Assembly: GCA_963837455.1 (NCBI GenBank)
Contig: CAWINM010000001.1
Location: 2,312,202 to 2,376,201 of the forward strand
DNA: 64,000 nt
Direction of reading: 5' to 3'
Origin: Thermoanaerobaculia bacterium
Lineage (GTDB): Bacteria; Acidobacteriota; Thermoanaerobaculia; Multivoradales; JAIOJS01
Position 1 is the first letter of the stretch, and every line of letters starts with the position of its first letter. The notes beneath the pieces were generated by a model. The model was not told where the DNA came from and searched no databases. It saw only the letters and a program-made list of their open reading frames with translations. This document shows positions 43,152 through 53,633 of this stretch, piece by piece. The position numbers and the translations under genes are program-made.

Positions 43152-45800
43152 TCAACCCGGAGCCGGTTCCACGCGTGCCAGTGCCTTCAGCACCTTGTCG
43201 ATCGACGAGTGACCGGGTGGATAGGCCTTGCGGTAGATGCCCAGGGCTTCCTGGTAGAGACCGCGTGCCTCGTCGCGCGCGTGCCGCCGTTCGAGGCAAT
43301 CGGCGAGGTCGAAGAGGGCGTCGCCGTAGGGCGGGTCGTTGGCATCGACGGCCTTCCGCGTCATCGCCAGCGTGCGCCGGAAGGTGTCCTCGGCCTCCGC
43401 CAGTCGCCCTAGCCCGACGAGCGCCTGACCCACGAGCCCGAGGCTCTGGGCAACCTGGGCGTCCACCCCGTCCGCGGAGCCGTGCTCGCGGATCTCCAGG
43501 GCGCGCCGGAAGAGCTCGAGCGCCCGAGCGGGTTCCCCCAGCGCCAGCCGGCACCTGCCCTCGTTCAGCACCGGATAGGCGGTATAGCGATGGTCGGGTC
43601 CGAGCGCCGCGGAGAAGATCGCGGCCGAGTGGGCGAACAGGGGAATGGCTTCCGTACAGCGGCCGCGGTCGATCAGCAGGTTCGCGAGCGAGTTGAGCGC
43701 CGTGGCGTACTGCGCGTGCTGCTCGCCCCACGTGCGGCGCACGAGATCCACCGCCCGGGTCAGCACCGGCTCCGCTTCGTCGAAGCGCTCCTCGGCGCGC
43801 AGCAGTGCACCGAGGTTGTCGAGTGGTAGGGCGATCAGGGGGCTGTCCTTCCCCGAGCTCCGTTCCAGGATCTCGATGGCGCGGCGGTAGGCAGCTTCGG
43901 CCGCCGGGTACTCTCCGACGTCGTCGAGCACCAGCCCAAGATTGTTCTGCCAGCGCCCGGTCTCGTCGCCCTCGACGCCGAGGGTATGCGCGATCGCGAG
44001 GGCGCGCTCGAACTCGTGCCGCGCGGCCGGCGGGTCTCCCTGGTAGCGCAGCACCACACCGAGCGCCGAGTGGGATCGCGCCACGTCGAGGTCGTTCGAC
44101 CCCAGGTCGCGCTCGCGGATGCGCAGGGCCTGCTCGAGATTCCGGCGCCCGTCGTCCAGGCGGTCTAGATAGCGGTCGAGGCTGCCGAGCTCGTAGAGCG
44201 CCTCGGCGGTCGGCAGGCTCTCGTCGCCGAACTGGCGATGGCGTTGCGCGAGCGCCTGCTCGAGGAGGGGACGGGCGTCCTCGTAGAGCCCGAGGTCGCG
44301 CTCGACGCCGCCGATCGCCAGCCGCAGCGTGGCCTGAACCTCCGGCTCGGCGGCGAGCTCCTTGTCGATCCGCTGCGCGCCGCTCACCAGCACCTCGCGA
44401 GCCGTCAGCTGGGCGCCGCGAGTGTGCGCCGGGTCGGCCTGCTGGAAGAGGTGAGTGAGGAAATCCGAGACGTGGCGAGCGGTCGCCGCCTGGATGCGCG
44501 CCTGGTCGCGCTCGGCGCGCGCCACTCGTGCCTCGTAGGCCACCGCCACCAGTCCAGCCGCCACGGCGAGGAGGACGCCGGCGCCCGCCGCCGCCGCCGC
44601 CCGGTGGCGCAGCACGAGCTTGCGGGTGCTGTAGAGGCGGCTGCCCCGTCGCGCGCTCACCGGCCTGCCGTCGAGATACGCGCCGAGGTCGCCCGCGAGC
44701 TCGGTGGCCGACCGATAGCGCGCCTCGGGGTCGACACGCAGCGCCTTGAGCACCACTGCGTCGAGATCGCCGGCCAGCGATCGCGCGCGCTGGCGTACCT
44801 CGCGACTCGTGCCGGGCGACTCGAGCAGCTTGCGGCTGGGTGGTCGCGTCGTCTCCCGCGCCAGCTCCTGCGCCAGGCCGGCGGGGGTCGCTGTGCTCCG
44901 CCGGTGCGGCACCTCGCCGGTGAGCAGCTCGTAGAGCAGCACCCCGAGCGCGTAGACGTCGACCGCGGTGGTGACCGGCTCGCCGAGGATCTGCTCGGGT
45001 GCCGCATACTGCGGTGTCAGCAGCCGCGACTCGCTGCGCGTCAACGCCTCCCCTTCCTCCTCCTCGAGCACCTTGGCGATGCCGAAGTCGAGCAGCTTCA
45101 CCCGTCCGTCGGCGGTGACCAGCAGGTTCGAGGGCTTGAGGTCGCGGTGCACCACCAGCCGCCGGTGGGCCGCATCGACCGCCTCGCAGACCTCGACCAT
45201 CAGGCGGAGCCGGGACCGCAGGTCGAGGGCGCGCTCGGCGGCGTAGCGGGTGATCGGCACGCCGTCGACGCGCTCGAGCGCGAACCAGGGCAGCCCTTCC
45301 TCGGTCACGCCGCCGTCGAGCACCTTGACGATGGCCGGGTGGTCGAGGCTGGCGAGCAACTGGCGCTCACGCAGGAAGCGGCGCTGGAGCTCGGGGGTGT
45401 CGACGCTGCGGCGCAGGACCTTCACCGCCGCCTCCTGCGCGAACGTGCCGTCGGCGCGCTCGGCGCGGTAGACCGTCCCCATGCCCCCCTGGCCCAGCGG
45501 CTCGTGGAGCTGCCAGACCCCGAGCCGCTGCCCGTTCCAGCGCATGGCGTCCGCCGCCCGCGGGCCGGTGGGGACCCCCTCGCCGAGCGCCGCCACGAGC
45601 GCCGCCGCCCCACCGTCGAGGAACGAGCCGCCAACGCCGTCGGCGCGCAGCAGCTCCTCGAGGTCGCGGGCCTGGGCGGGATCGGTGGCGCGGAGCTCGG
45701 CGAGCAGCTTCTCGCGCTCCGGCAGGTCGAGCTCGAGTGCCCTGGCCAGCAGCTCGCGGGAGCGCCTCCAGGCCGCCTCGGGGGGCGGATCGGCGCTCAC
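43152..45800 (-). CDS. Ser/Thr protein kinase with TM segment and C-terminal TPR array
   Basis: GTG at 45800 overlaps the sigma-factor stop (GTGA). The kinase has [33 protein letters not shown] and APEQ, then a TM helix and about 9 TPR repeats. Confidence 0.8.
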   Translation of the reverse strand: MSADPPPEAAWRRSRELLARALELDLPEREKLLAELRATDPAQARDLEELLRADGVGGSFLDGGAAALVAALGEGVPTGPRAADAMRWNGQRLGVWQLHEPLGQGGMGTVYRAERADGTFAQEAAVKVLRRSVDTPELQRRFLRERQLLASLDHPAIVKVLDGGVTEEGLPWFALERVDGVPITRYAAERALDLRSRLRLMVEVCEAVDAAHRRLVVHRDLKPSNLLVTADGRVKLLDFGIAKVLEEEEGEALTRSESRLLTPQYAAPEQILGEPVTTAVDVYALGVLLYELLTGEVPHRRSTATPAGLAQELARETTRPPSRKLLESPGTSREVRQRARSLAGDLDAVVLKALRVDPEARYRSATELAGDLGAYLDGRPVSARRGSRLYSTRKLVLRHRAAAAAGAGVLLAVAAGLVAVAYEARVARAERDQARIQAATARHVSDFLTHLFQQADPAHTRGAQLTAREVLVSGAQRIDKELAAEPEVQATLRLAIGGVERDLGLYEDARPLLEQALAQRHRQFGDESLPTAEALYELGSLDRYLDRLDDGRRNLEQALRIRERDLGSNDLDVARSHSALGVVLRYQGDPPAARHEFERALAIAHTLGVEGDETGRWQNNLGLVLDDVGEYPAAEAAYRRAIEILERSSGKDSPLIALPLDNLGALLRAEERFDEAEPVLTRAVDLVRRTWGEQHAQYATALNSLANLLIDRGRCTEAIPLFAHSAAIFSAALGPDHRYTAYPVLNEGRCRLALGEPARALELFRRALEIREHGSADGVDAQVAQSLGLVGQALVGLGRLAEAEDTFRRTLAMTRKAVDANDPPYGDALFDLADCLERRHARDEARGLYQEALGIYRKAYPPGHSSIDKVLKALARVEPAPG

Positions 45801-46405
45801 GCGGAGGAGGCGAGCATCCCCAGCTCGCGGTGCAGGAAGGCCCGCGCGGTGCGCCAGTCGCGCTTGACGGTGGTCGGCGAACGCTCCACGAGCTCGGCGA
45901 TCTCCTCGACGGAGAGACCGCCGAAGAAGCGCAGCTCGACAATCCGTGCCTGCTCGGCGTCCGCCGCGGCCAGCCGCGCCAGCGCCTCCTCGAGGGCGAG
46001 GACGTCGATGGGTGCGATCGGCGTCTCCTGCGCCACGTCGACCACCCAGCTCACCGGTTGGCCGCCGCCGCCGCGCTTGGCCGCCCGGCGCGCCCGTGCG
46101 TGATCGACCAGGATGCGCCGCATCGCCTGCGACGCCACCGCAAGAAAGTGGCCGCGGTTCTTCCATGCGACGCGGGTCTGATCGACCAGTCGCAGGTAGG
46201 CCTCGTGCACCACCGCCGTGGCCTGGAGCGTCGAGCCGGAGCGCTCGCGGCGGAGGTGCCGCGAAGCGATCGTCCGCAGCTCCGCGTAGACGAGCGGCAG
46301 CAACCGCTCGAAGGCGCCGGTGTCGCCGGCGCTCCAGGAGACCAGCAGCCGGGTCACCTCGCCCCGTTGCGGCTCCGACTCGACGTCGCCGCGATCTCCG
46401 TCCAT
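45797..46405 (-). CDS. ECF-type sigma-70 family factor (kinase-associated ECF subfamily)
   Basis: Sigma2 region (HEAYLRLV) and sigma4 (LSVEEIAELVERSPTTVKRDWRTARAFL). It sits immediately upstream of, and is translationally coupled to, the kinase. Confidence 0.8.
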   Translation of the reverse strand: MDGDRGDVESEPQRGEVTRLLVSWSAGDTGAFERLLPLVYAELRTIASRHLRRERSGSTLQATAVVHEAYLRLVDQTRVAWKNRGHFLAVASQAMRRILVDHARARRAAKRGGGGQPVSWVVDVAQETPIAPIDVLALEEALARLAAADAEQARIVELRFFGGLSVEEIAELVERSPTTVKRDWRTARAFLHRELGMLASSA

Positions 46406-46616
46406 GGCTCGGATGACGAGCCAGCTTAGGAGCCCGGCCGCCGGGTGTCAATCGAAGCGGCGACGAGGCTCATGCTCCTCGGGTCCGGTTGGGCGGCTGG
46501 CGATCCTCCCGGGCGAGGCGGCTCGATGCCGGCGGTCGACTCGGTCCCCGCGGCCCGCGCCGAAGCGAGTGGCCGCCTACCCGGTGCGACGGGCGGGGCC
46601 GAGTCAGGTCGGGGGC

Positions 46617-48341
46617 TCAGCCGAAACGGTCGCCGGCGAAGCTGATGCGGGCGGTGGTTCCTCCCGCCGGCCGCGGCTCGAGCGTGAGGGTGCCGCCGTG
46701 CAGGGCGACGATGCGATGGGCGAGGGCGAGGCCGAGCCCGACGCCACCGGGGCGATCGGAGGCGAAGGGCTGGAACAGGCGCTGGCGCATCTCTGCCGAC
46801 ACCCCGGGGCCATGGTCGCGGATGGCGATCTCGAAGGCGCCGTCGCGCCAGCCGGTCTCCACCTCCACCGGCGTCGTGGCGCCGCTGCGCTGCTGGGCCT
46901 CGAGAGCGTTGCGCAGCAGGTTGCGCAGGGCCCGCTCGAGTAGCTGGGGGTCACCCGGCAGCACCGCCGGCGGCGTCGGCTCGGCTCGCAAGGCCAGGGC
47001 CGCGCCGTCGAGGGCGGGGTCGGCGGCGGCGTGCCGCACCAGCGCCATCAGGTCGACGGCGACGAGCCGCGCCGCCGCAGGATGGGCAAAGCCGAGAAAG
47101 TCGGTGACCACGCGCTGCAGCCGCTGCGTCTCGCCGCGCAGCTCGACGAGGTACTCGCCGCTGCTGGGGCCTCCGCCGTCGCGCTCGAGCAGGGTCAGAT
47201 AGCCGCCCAGCGTGGCGAGGCCGTTGCGCAGCTCGTGGGCGACGCCGGCAGAGAGCTCGCCGAGGTGTGCGAGGCTCTCCGCGAGCCGTGCCTGGTGCCC
47301 CTCGCGCTCGCTGGCCGTCAGGTCGGCGAACAGCACGAGGTAGCCGAGCAGCTCCCCACCAGGCCGCCGCAACGGGGTGACGGTGAGGCCGATGCGGTGG
47401 GGTTCGCCACCGGCGACGACCTCGCATTCGCGGCGCTGCAGCGCCTCGCCGGCGTCGATCGCCCGCTGCAGCAGCGCCAGCAGCTGGGGCTGCCCGGCGA
47501 GCAGCTCGGTCATCGGTGTACGAGGGGGAGGTGGTGGGCCCAGCAGGGTCGCCCCCGCAGGGTTGAGGGCCAGCACCTGCCCTTCGCGATCGAGCAGCAG
47601 CAGGCCGCTTTCGAGGCTCGCGGCCAGGGTTCGCTCGAGCACCACCAGCTCCTCGCTACGATCGCCAGCTCCCTCGCGGACGCCGCCAAGGGCCCGTTCG
47701 ATGGTGGCGAGGAGAAAGGCCGCTTCGTCCTCGGCTCCGCTGGCGCCGAGCTCGCGGGCACGCCGTAGCAGCGTCTCGTAGGGGCGCAGCAGTTGGCGCA
47801 GGAAGAAGAGGACCCACAGCAGCACCGCCACGCTGGCGCCCAGCGCGGTCCAGGTGAGCACCCCGAGGGCGCGGCGCTGACCGTCGAGCACCGGAGCCGC
47901 GAGGTCGAGCCGCAGCCAGCGCCGCGACGCGCCCCCGCCCAGCGGTACGAAGGCACTCACCACACCCCGCGCTTCCTCGCTGGGGCCCACCGCGATGGCA
48001 CCGTCGGGAAGCTTGCCGCCGAGGGGAGCCGCGAAGGGGCCCTCGAGCGGCTCGCCGACGGCGGCGACGAGCTGACCGCCCGGCGCGGCAACGGCGAGGC
48101 GGAGAGCCGCCGGATGGTAGCCGCGCAACGCGTCGGCGCCGGGAAGCTCGCCGCCGGCCAGCCGCTGGGCCGCGGCGCGAGCCGTCACCAGCGCCTCCCG
48201 CTGGCGATCGAGCAGCAGCAGGCGAATGCCGTTGCGGTAGGTGAGCACGGTGAAGCTGGTGAGGACGAGCAGCAGCACCAGCGCCACCGGGAGCATCACC
48301 CAGGCATCGCGCATCGGGCTGGGCGCTGCCGGTTGGCTCAT
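46617..48341 (-). CDS. Sensor histidine kinase (HisKA plus HATPase_c) with an N-terminal TM and periplasmic sensor
   Basis: ATG at 48341 overlaps the pilD stop (ATGA). H-box ELSAGVAHELRNGLATL, N-box LRNLLRNALEA, and G-boxes DHGPGV and GGVGLGLAL. Confidence 0.8.
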   Translation of the reverse strand: MSQPAAPSPMRDAWVMLPVALVLLLVLTSFTVLTYRNGIRLLLLDRQREALVTARAAAQRLAGGELPGADALRGYHPAALRLAVAAPGGQLVAAVGEPLEGPFAAPLGGKLPDGAIAVGPSEEARGVVSAFVPLGGGASRRWLRLDLAAPVLDGQRRALGVLTWTALGASVAVLLWVLFFLRQLLRPYETLLRRARELGASGAEDEAAFLLATIERALGGVREGAGDRSEELVVLERTLAASLESGLLLLDREGQVLALNPAGATLLGPPPPPRTPMTELLAGQPQLLALLQRAIDAGEALQRRECEVVAGGEPHRIGLTVTPLRRPGGELLGYLVLFADLTASEREGHQARLAESLAHLGELSAGVAHELRNGLATLGGYLTLLERDGGGPSSGEYLVELRGETQRLQRVVTDFLGFAHPAAARLVAVDLMALVRHAAADPALDGAALALRAEPTPPAVLPGDPQLLERALRNLLRNALEAQQRSGATTPVEVETGWRDGAFEIAIRDHGPGVSAEMRQRLFQPFASDRPGGVGLGLALAHRIVALHGGTLTLEPRPAGGTTARISFAGDRFG

Positions 48342-49111
48342 AGCAGCCGAGCGTAGCGGTCGAGGAGGGCCGGGCCGGCGAACACGGCAACACCGGCGCC
48401 ACCGGCGAGGAAGACGCCGAAGGGGAGGCGGGAGCCGAGGTCGAGGCGGCCCAACGCGATCAACGTCAGACCGACGAGCGCACCGCCGAGCGAGCCGAGG
48501 AAGACGGTGATGAGCACCCCCTGCCAGCCCAGAAAGGCTCCCACCATGGCGAGCATCTTGACGTCGCCGAGACCCATGCCCTCCTCGTGGCGCAACAGCA
48601 GCCACGCCTGCGCCAGCAGCCATAGGCCCGCACCACCGAGCGCAGCGCCGAGCAGCGACTGCCGCCAGTCGATCCAGTCGGCCCGCAGTGAGATGAGAAA
48701 CCCGATGGCGAGGCCGGGGAGGGTGATGGCGTCGGGGAGCAGGAAGTGCTCGTAGTCGATGAGGGCGAGGGCGATGAGCGCGGCGCCGAAGGCCGCCGCG
48801 GCGAGCGCGTGCCAGGTGACGCCGAAGGCCTCGAGACTGCCGACGAAGAGCGCCCCGGTGGCGGCCTCGACGAGCGGGTACCGCCAGGAGATCGGCGCCC
48901 GACAGCTCCGACAGCGCCCGCGCAGCAGCAGGAAGCTCAGCAGCGGCAGGTTGTCGCGCACCCGCAGGAGCGCCCCGCAATGCGGGCAGCGCGAGCGCGG
49001 CAGCACCGTCGACTCCTCGCGTGGCAGTCGATGGATGACGACGTTGAGATAGCTGCCGATCACCAGGCCGAGGAGCCCGGCGTAGACGTCCACCAGCACC
49101 CTGAGGGTCAT
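48338..49111 (-). CDS. pilD: Prepilin peptidase (A24 family, type 4 prepilin-like leader peptidase)
   Basis: N-terminal tetra-Cys motif (CPHCGALL...CRSCRAP) and membrane-domain motifs LALIDYEHFLLPD and GLGDVKML. ATG at 49111 overlaps the stop of the upstream membrane protein. Confidence 0.85.
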   Translation of the reverse strand: MTLRVLVDVYAGLLGLVIGSYLNVVIHRLPREESTVLPRSRCPHCGALLRVRDNLPLLSFLLLRGRCRSCRAPISWRYPLVEAATGALFVGSLEAFGVTWHALAAAAFGAALIALALIDYEHFLLPDAITLPGLAIGFLISLRADWIDWRQSLLGAALGGAGLWLLAQAWLLLRHEEGMGLGDVKMLAMVGAFLGWQGVLITVFLGSLGGALVGLTLIALGRLDLGSRLPFGVFLAGGAGVAVFAGPALLDRYARLL

Positions 49112-51483
49112 GCCGGCGATTCTACGGTCGACGAGGGAGCGCCGTGGGTCGGGCCGGCGGGGCGGCGCCGCAGTGCCACCAGGGCGGCGCCGAGCAGGGT
49201 CAGCCCGGTGCCGGCGGCGCCCAGTCGCACCCAGGGGTCGTGGTAGGCGAGCCGCAGGGTGTGCTCTCCCGCCGGCAACGCCACGCCCACCTGCCCGAGG
49301 CTGGTGGGGCAGGTGGGCACCGGGGTGCCATCCTCGAGCCGTGCTTCCCAGCCTTCGTCGAAGGTGAGGGCGGCGACCAGGAAGGCGGGGCCTGTAGCCC
49401 GATAGCGCAGCCGCACCTCCTGGCGCTGCCGGGCCGCGAGGACGTGGGCCGGCGCGTAGGCGGCCGCCGGTGCGGCGGCTCCCACGCAGAGGTCGGCGGT
49501 GGCGAGGTCGAGCGTCGGCAGCGCCGCGGTGGCCTCGGCAGCGGTGGCCACCCCGGTCACCGAGCCGACGAAGCGGAAGCGCGGCAGCCGGCGGGGCTCG
49601 GGCAGGAGCTGGTACGGCTGCGGCGGCTTCCGCGTCAGGCGGAGCTCGCGCACCAGCTGGCGCGGATCGCGTCGCAGCACCAGGGTGCTGACGTCCCAGG
49701 CTCCCAGGAGGCGGTCGACGGCATCGCGATTGGGCCAGGCGGCCTCGAGCTGCGCGAGGGAGTGGCGGGCCCAGGAGGTCAGCATCAGGTCGTAGTCGTG
49801 GTGCAGCGCGTACTCGAGACCCCACAGATTGGCGACGTAGGGGTCGAGCCGCTGAATACGCTCCCACAGCTGCTGGAAGCCGCGTGGGCCCCGTCTCAGG
49901 CCGATCTCGGGGCGGCGGTCGAGGTCGGCGCTGCTGAACAGGCGTCCGCCCTCGGCACGCGCCGGCGCGACCGCGGGTGGAGGGGTCAACACCTCGGTGG
50001 CGGGCAGCGTCGGCTCGAGCCCTCGGCCGTACCACCAGAGGTCCATTGCGAGCAGCGCCAACGCCGCGACGGCGGCGCCGCGACGGCTCAATCGGGTGCC
50101 GCCGAGCAGGACGAGGAGGAGCGTCGCGCCCGCGGCCAGCAGGAGTGCCACCAGCGCCTCCCGACGGAGGAAGGCGAGGGCGATGGCGAGGGCCCGCGGT
50201 GACGGCGGCAGGCCGCTGTGGCCCCGGATGAACCCCTCACCCACGGCGGGGCGCGCCGCGAGCAGCACGGCGAAGAGGGTCGCCACGGCAGTGACGATGG
50301 CGGCCAGCGCCGCCGGCAGATACGCCCGCTCGCGCTCGCCACGCTCGCGGCTGCCGAGCAGGTGGTGCCAGCCGAGGGCACCGGCGAGTGGCACCACTGC
50401 GGCGGTGAGCACGAGGAACTTCTCCGGGTAGCGCACCACGGACAACAGGGGCACGTGGCGCAGCGGCTCCCACAGTGGGTCGTGGCGGCCGAGCGCGAGC
50501 AGGGAGCCGAGGACGGCCGCAACCCCCCACGAGGCCCGATAGGGGATCGGCCAGCGCAGCAGTGCGGCGACCGCGAGCACGGTGAGCAGCAGGCCGGAGT
50601 AGAGCGCGACGACGTAGGGGAAATCACGATCGTGCAGTCCCCAGCCTAGCCACAGCCCCTCCTCGTCGCGCATCGGATCACCCCAGAAGCGCGGCAGCAC
50701 GAAGTCGACGAAGCGGGCTGGCGGGCTGGACCACAGATCCGCCTCAGCGGCCCTGAGGCCGGTGCCGCGAGCGGTGCCTCCGAGGCGGTGCAGGGTCGGG
50801 GCGAGCTGCACGGCAGCGATAGCGGCTGCCAGCACGCCGATGGCCAGCAAGCGCGCCAGGCTGCGGCGCAGCCGCGCGAAGGGGCCGAGGGCGAGGGCGG
50901 CGAGGGCCAGGCCCGAGATCAGCACCGCGACGGGCTCTCCCGCCAGCAGCTGCAGCGCGAGGCCGAGGGCGGCGAGCAGCGCCTTCCCCCCCCAGCGACC
51001 CGCACGCGGGGTGGCGAGCGCCGCCTCGCCCGCCGCCAGCACCCAGGGGAACCAGGCCATGGCGCAGTAGAAGTTGAAGGTGCTGGTGAGCGAGAGGAAC
51101 CAGCTCGAGGCGGCGAAGCCCATGGCGCCGAGGGCGGCGGCGTCGCGACCGGCTCCCAGGCGTCGCAGCAGCAGCCAGGCGCCGGCGAGGGCCCAGGCCG
51201 CGTGCAGGATCACCAGCCAGGCGAGCGCGTACGGGACCGGCAGAGCCAGGGCGAGCCAGCTGGGGGGATAGAAGGCCGCGTAGTTGGGATTGGAAAGGAT
51301 CGGCTGTCCGCCGTGCACGAAGCGGTTCCACTCCGGCAGCGCACCGGCGTGCACGAGATCCGCGACCACCTGCCGCAGCGGGAGGTGAAAGAAGGCGAAG
51401 TCGCGGACCATGAGCACCCGCCCGGGGAGAGCGAGTGGCACCAGCAAGACGGCGAGCAGCAACGCCCCCGGCAGCAGCGGCAA
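49108..51483 (-). CDS. Large polytopic membrane protein with a C-terminal extracytoplasmic domain, GT-C-like (YfhO-like) putative glycosyltransferase
   Basis: 791 aa. About 13 predicted TM segments are followed by a soluble domain of about 330 aa. It is a paralog of the protein at 62261.. (shared R-D..L...L, NPN.A.FYP and W..LRRLG.D.AA.G motifs). TTG start at 51483. Confidence 0.55.
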   Translation of the reverse strand: MPLLPGALLLAVLLVPLALPGRVLMVRDFAFFHLPLRQVVADLVHAGALPEWNRFVHGGQPILSNPNYAAFYPPSWLALALPVPYALAWLVILHAAWALAGAWLLLRRLGAGRDAAALGAMGFAASSWFLSLTSTFNFYCAMAWFPWVLAAGEAALATPRAGRWGGKALLAALGLALQLLAGEPVAVLISGLALAALALGPFARLRRSLARLLAIGVLAAAIAAVQLAPTLHRLGGTARGTGLRAAEADLWSSPPARFVDFVLPRFWGDPMRDEEGLWLGWGLHDRDFPYVVALYSGLLLTVLAVAALLRWPIPYRASWGVAAVLGSLLALGRHDPLWEPLRHVPLLSVVRYPEKFLVLTAAVVPLAGALGWHHLLGSRERGERERAYLPAALAAIVTAVATLFAVLLAARPAVGEGFIRGHSGLPPSPRALAIALAFLRREALVALLLAAGATLLLVLLGGTRLSRRGAAVAALALLAMDLWWYGRGLEPTLPATEVLTPPPAVAPARAEGGRLFSSADLDRRPEIGLRRGPRGFQQLWERIQRLDPYVANLWGLEYALHHDYDLMLTSWARHSLAQLEAAWPNRDAVDRLLGAWDVSTLVLRRDPRQLVRELRLTRKPPQPYQLLPEPRRLPRFRFVGSVTGVATAAEATAALPTLDLATADLCVGAAAPAAAYAPAHVLAARQRQEVRLRYRATGPAFLVAALTFDEGWEARLEDGTPVPTCPTSLGQVGVALPAGEHTLRLAYHDPWVRLGAAGTGLTLLGAALVALRRRPAGPTHGAPSSTVESPA

Positions 51484-51542
51484 AGCGCGCGCGAGACGAG
51501 AGCCGCGAGGGGCGATCGCGCGCTCCTGGCCGCGCCGCGGCG

Positions 51543-52061
51543 TCAGTTGCTCAATCGCTGCGGCCAGCGGACGAAGAAGCCGTCGACCCAGACGATGTCC
51601 TGGGAGTAGTCGGTCGGCTCGAACGCGCCGGGAGTGTAGGTGTCGGTCTCGAAGCTGTTCCCCTGGCCGGCGCTGCGCACCGCCATCACGGACGCCCCGT
51701 GGGGGTCGGCGGTGTCGAGGTAGTAGTCGTAGGGTTTCTTCCAGCCGTCGAGCAGCGGAACGTCCTGGATGTAGGTGGGCACGATCTGCTTGGCGAGGTC
51801 GTCGCGCCCGATCGGCGAGTAGTCGGAGATGGCAACAGTGGTCACCGCGGCCCCTGCGGCGGCGGCACCTACCTGGTCCGTGAGCCAGCCCATCATCGAC
51901 CCGCCGACCAGCCGGCAGTCGGCCATGGTCTTCTTCTGCTTCGCCTTCTGCATGGCGTCGAGCAGGTTGGGTATGAGCATGGCTGCCAGCAGGCCAATGA
52001 TGGCCACGACGATCAACAGCTCGATCAGAGTGAATCCCCTCTCCCGGAACGCTCGACGCAT
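51543..52061 (-). CDS. Prepilin-type (class III signal peptide) pseudopilin, GspG/PulG-like, paralog 1
   Basis: MRRAFRERGFTLIELLIVVAIIGLLAAM with Gly at -1, Phe at +1 and Glu at +5, then PNLLDAMQKAKQKKT. The C-terminus ...FEPTDYSQDIVWVDGFFVRWPQ is shared with paralog 2. Confidence 0.8.
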   Translation of the reverse strand: MRRAFRERGFTLIELLIVVAIIGLLAAMLIPNLLDAMQKAKQKKTMADCRLVGGSMMGWLTDQVGAAAAGAAVTTVAISDYSPIGRDDLAKQIVPTYIQDVPLLDGWKKPYDYYLDTADPHGASVMAVRSAGQGNSFETDTYTPGAFEPTDYSQDIVWVDGFFVRWPQRLSN

Positions 52062-52121
52062 CTCAGGTCCCCCTTGAATTGGGAATTGCGGATGGGACCA
52101 TTGCAAGCGGCGAGCCAGAGC

Positions 52122-53561
52122 CTAGCGGGGCGGGAGCGACCAGGCCCGCACCACGCGACGCATCCTCTCGATGCCGCGGTCGAGCTCGCGCAGGGGGATG
52201 CGCTCGTCCGCGCCATGGATTCCCAGCAGGTCCTGGGGTTCGAGGGCAAACGGCGAGAAGCCATAGGCGGCGATGCCCCGCTGGCGGAAGAGCCGAGAAT
52301 CGGTGAAGCCTGGGGAGAAGAAGGGCACCACGGGGGCCTCGCTGCGGAGAGCCGCAGTGAGAGCACGGTGCAACGGAGTGTCGGTGGGGCTGGCGGGGCA
52401 GGGGGGAGAGGTGAGCAGGACCCGTGCCTCGACCTCCTTACCGAGGAGGCTCTGGATCTCCGCCAGCATGGCTGGGCCGTCGGTGTCGGGCAGCAGGCGC
52501 ACGTCCACGCGCGCCGTGGCCCGCGGGGGCACGACGTTGATCTGGGTGGCGCCGGTGAGCACGTTGACCTGGATGGTGTCGAGGAAGAGGTTCTCCATGC
52601 CCGGCAGCAGGCCGGTGCCCACCGGTCCTTCGGGGCGGATGAAACGGTCGGGGTCGGCGAGCATCGGCTTCCAGAACTTGTTGTGCAACGGAGCGAGTGC
52701 CTGCAAGTAGTTGCGAGCCGCGGCGCTGACCCGCCAGCGCAAGGGGCGGGCGAGCAGACGGTCGAGGGCCCGGATCAGCTCGTGGGTCGCCGAGTGGGGA
52801 TTGAACCCGGCTCCATGACCGCCGCGCCCCTCCGCCGTCACCTCCAGCCAGAGCGGACGCTTTTGTGCCACCTCGATACCCCACCAGAGCAGGCGACCGT
52901 TGATCCGCCTGTTCGAGCCCCCCTCGTTGATCACGCCGGTGACGCCTGCGAACAGCTCCGGGTGGGCCTGCAGGAGCCAGGCGGTGCCCTCGCCACTGCC
53001 GCGCTCTTCGTCGGCGACGGCCATCAGCACGACGTCCCGTGTCAGGGCGTGGCGCTCGCGGGCGGCGTCCAGGAACGCAGCGAGCTGGGTGATCCCCAGG
53101 CTCTTGTCGTCGAGCGCGCCGCGGCCGAAGAGGCGCCCATCATGAACCTCGCCACCGAACGCGGGGACGTGCCAGCCCGGCCCGGGAGCGACCACGTCCA
53201 TGTGGTGCAGCAGCAGCAGCGCCGGCCCGTCGACCCCGGGCCGTGCCTGGAGGCGCGCCCACAGGCTGGTGCGGCCCGCCGGCGAGACCACGCGCCGCGA
53301 GGCGATGCCGTGCTCGGAGAGCAGCTTCTCGAGGAACGCCGCCGCCCGCTGCTCGTTGCCAGGGGGGTTCGTCGTGTCGAGCCGCAGGTACTCCTGGAGC
53401 CAGCGGGCGGGCTGGGAGAGGGTCCTGGCGTCGGGGGCCGCGGGGCCGTGGCAGCAGAGCAGGCCGGCGAGCAGCAGGGGAGCGAGCCGGCGCACGTCGC
53501 GACTGTAGCAGCGCTGGGGACGCCGGGGTTCATGGGGAGGGATCCAGGTCAGGTGGGCCAT
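52122..53561 (-). CDS. Secreted M20-family metallopeptidase (ArgE/DapE/CPG2-like), paralog 1
   Basis: ATG at 53561 with signal peptide LAPLLLAGLLCCHGPAAP. Metal-binding motifs LLLHHMDVV, GRGALDDKS and DEERGS, plus the dimerisation domain. Confidence 0.8.
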   Translation of the reverse strand: MAHLTWIPPHEPRRPQRCYSRDVRRLAPLLLAGLLCCHGPAAPDARTLSQPARWLQEYLRLDTTNPPGNEQRAAAFLEKLLSEHGIASRRVVSPAGRTSLWARLQARPGVDGPALLLLHHMDVVAPGPGWHVPAFGGEVHDGRLFGRGALDDKSLGITQLAAFLDAARERHALTRDVVLMAVADEERGSGEGTAWLLQAHPELFAGVTGVINEGGSNRRINGRLLWWGIEVAQKRPLWLEVTAEGRGGHGAGFNPHSATHELIRALDRLLARPLRWRVSAAARNYLQALAPLHNKFWKPMLADPDRFIRPEGPVGTGLLPGMENLFLDTIQVNVLTGATQINVVPPRATARVDVRLLPDTDGPAMLAEIQSLLGKEVEARVLLTSPPCPASPTDTPLHRALTAALRSEAPVVPFFSPGFTDSRLFRQRGIAAYGFSPFALEPQDLLGIHGADERIPLRELDRGIERMRRVVRAWSLPPR

Positions 53562-53633
53562 CTCGGTACCGGGATGCAGTAGGGGGTGGAAGCGCCGCTG
53601 CCCTGGCGGTCGGCCGAACGAGCGGAAGGCGAG

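Noticed and set aside
51435-53582. 715-aa plus-strand ORF opposite the M20-1 peptidase
   Set aside because: It is antisense to a gene that has a signal peptide and all the M20 metal-binding motifs, and it has no domain signature itself.
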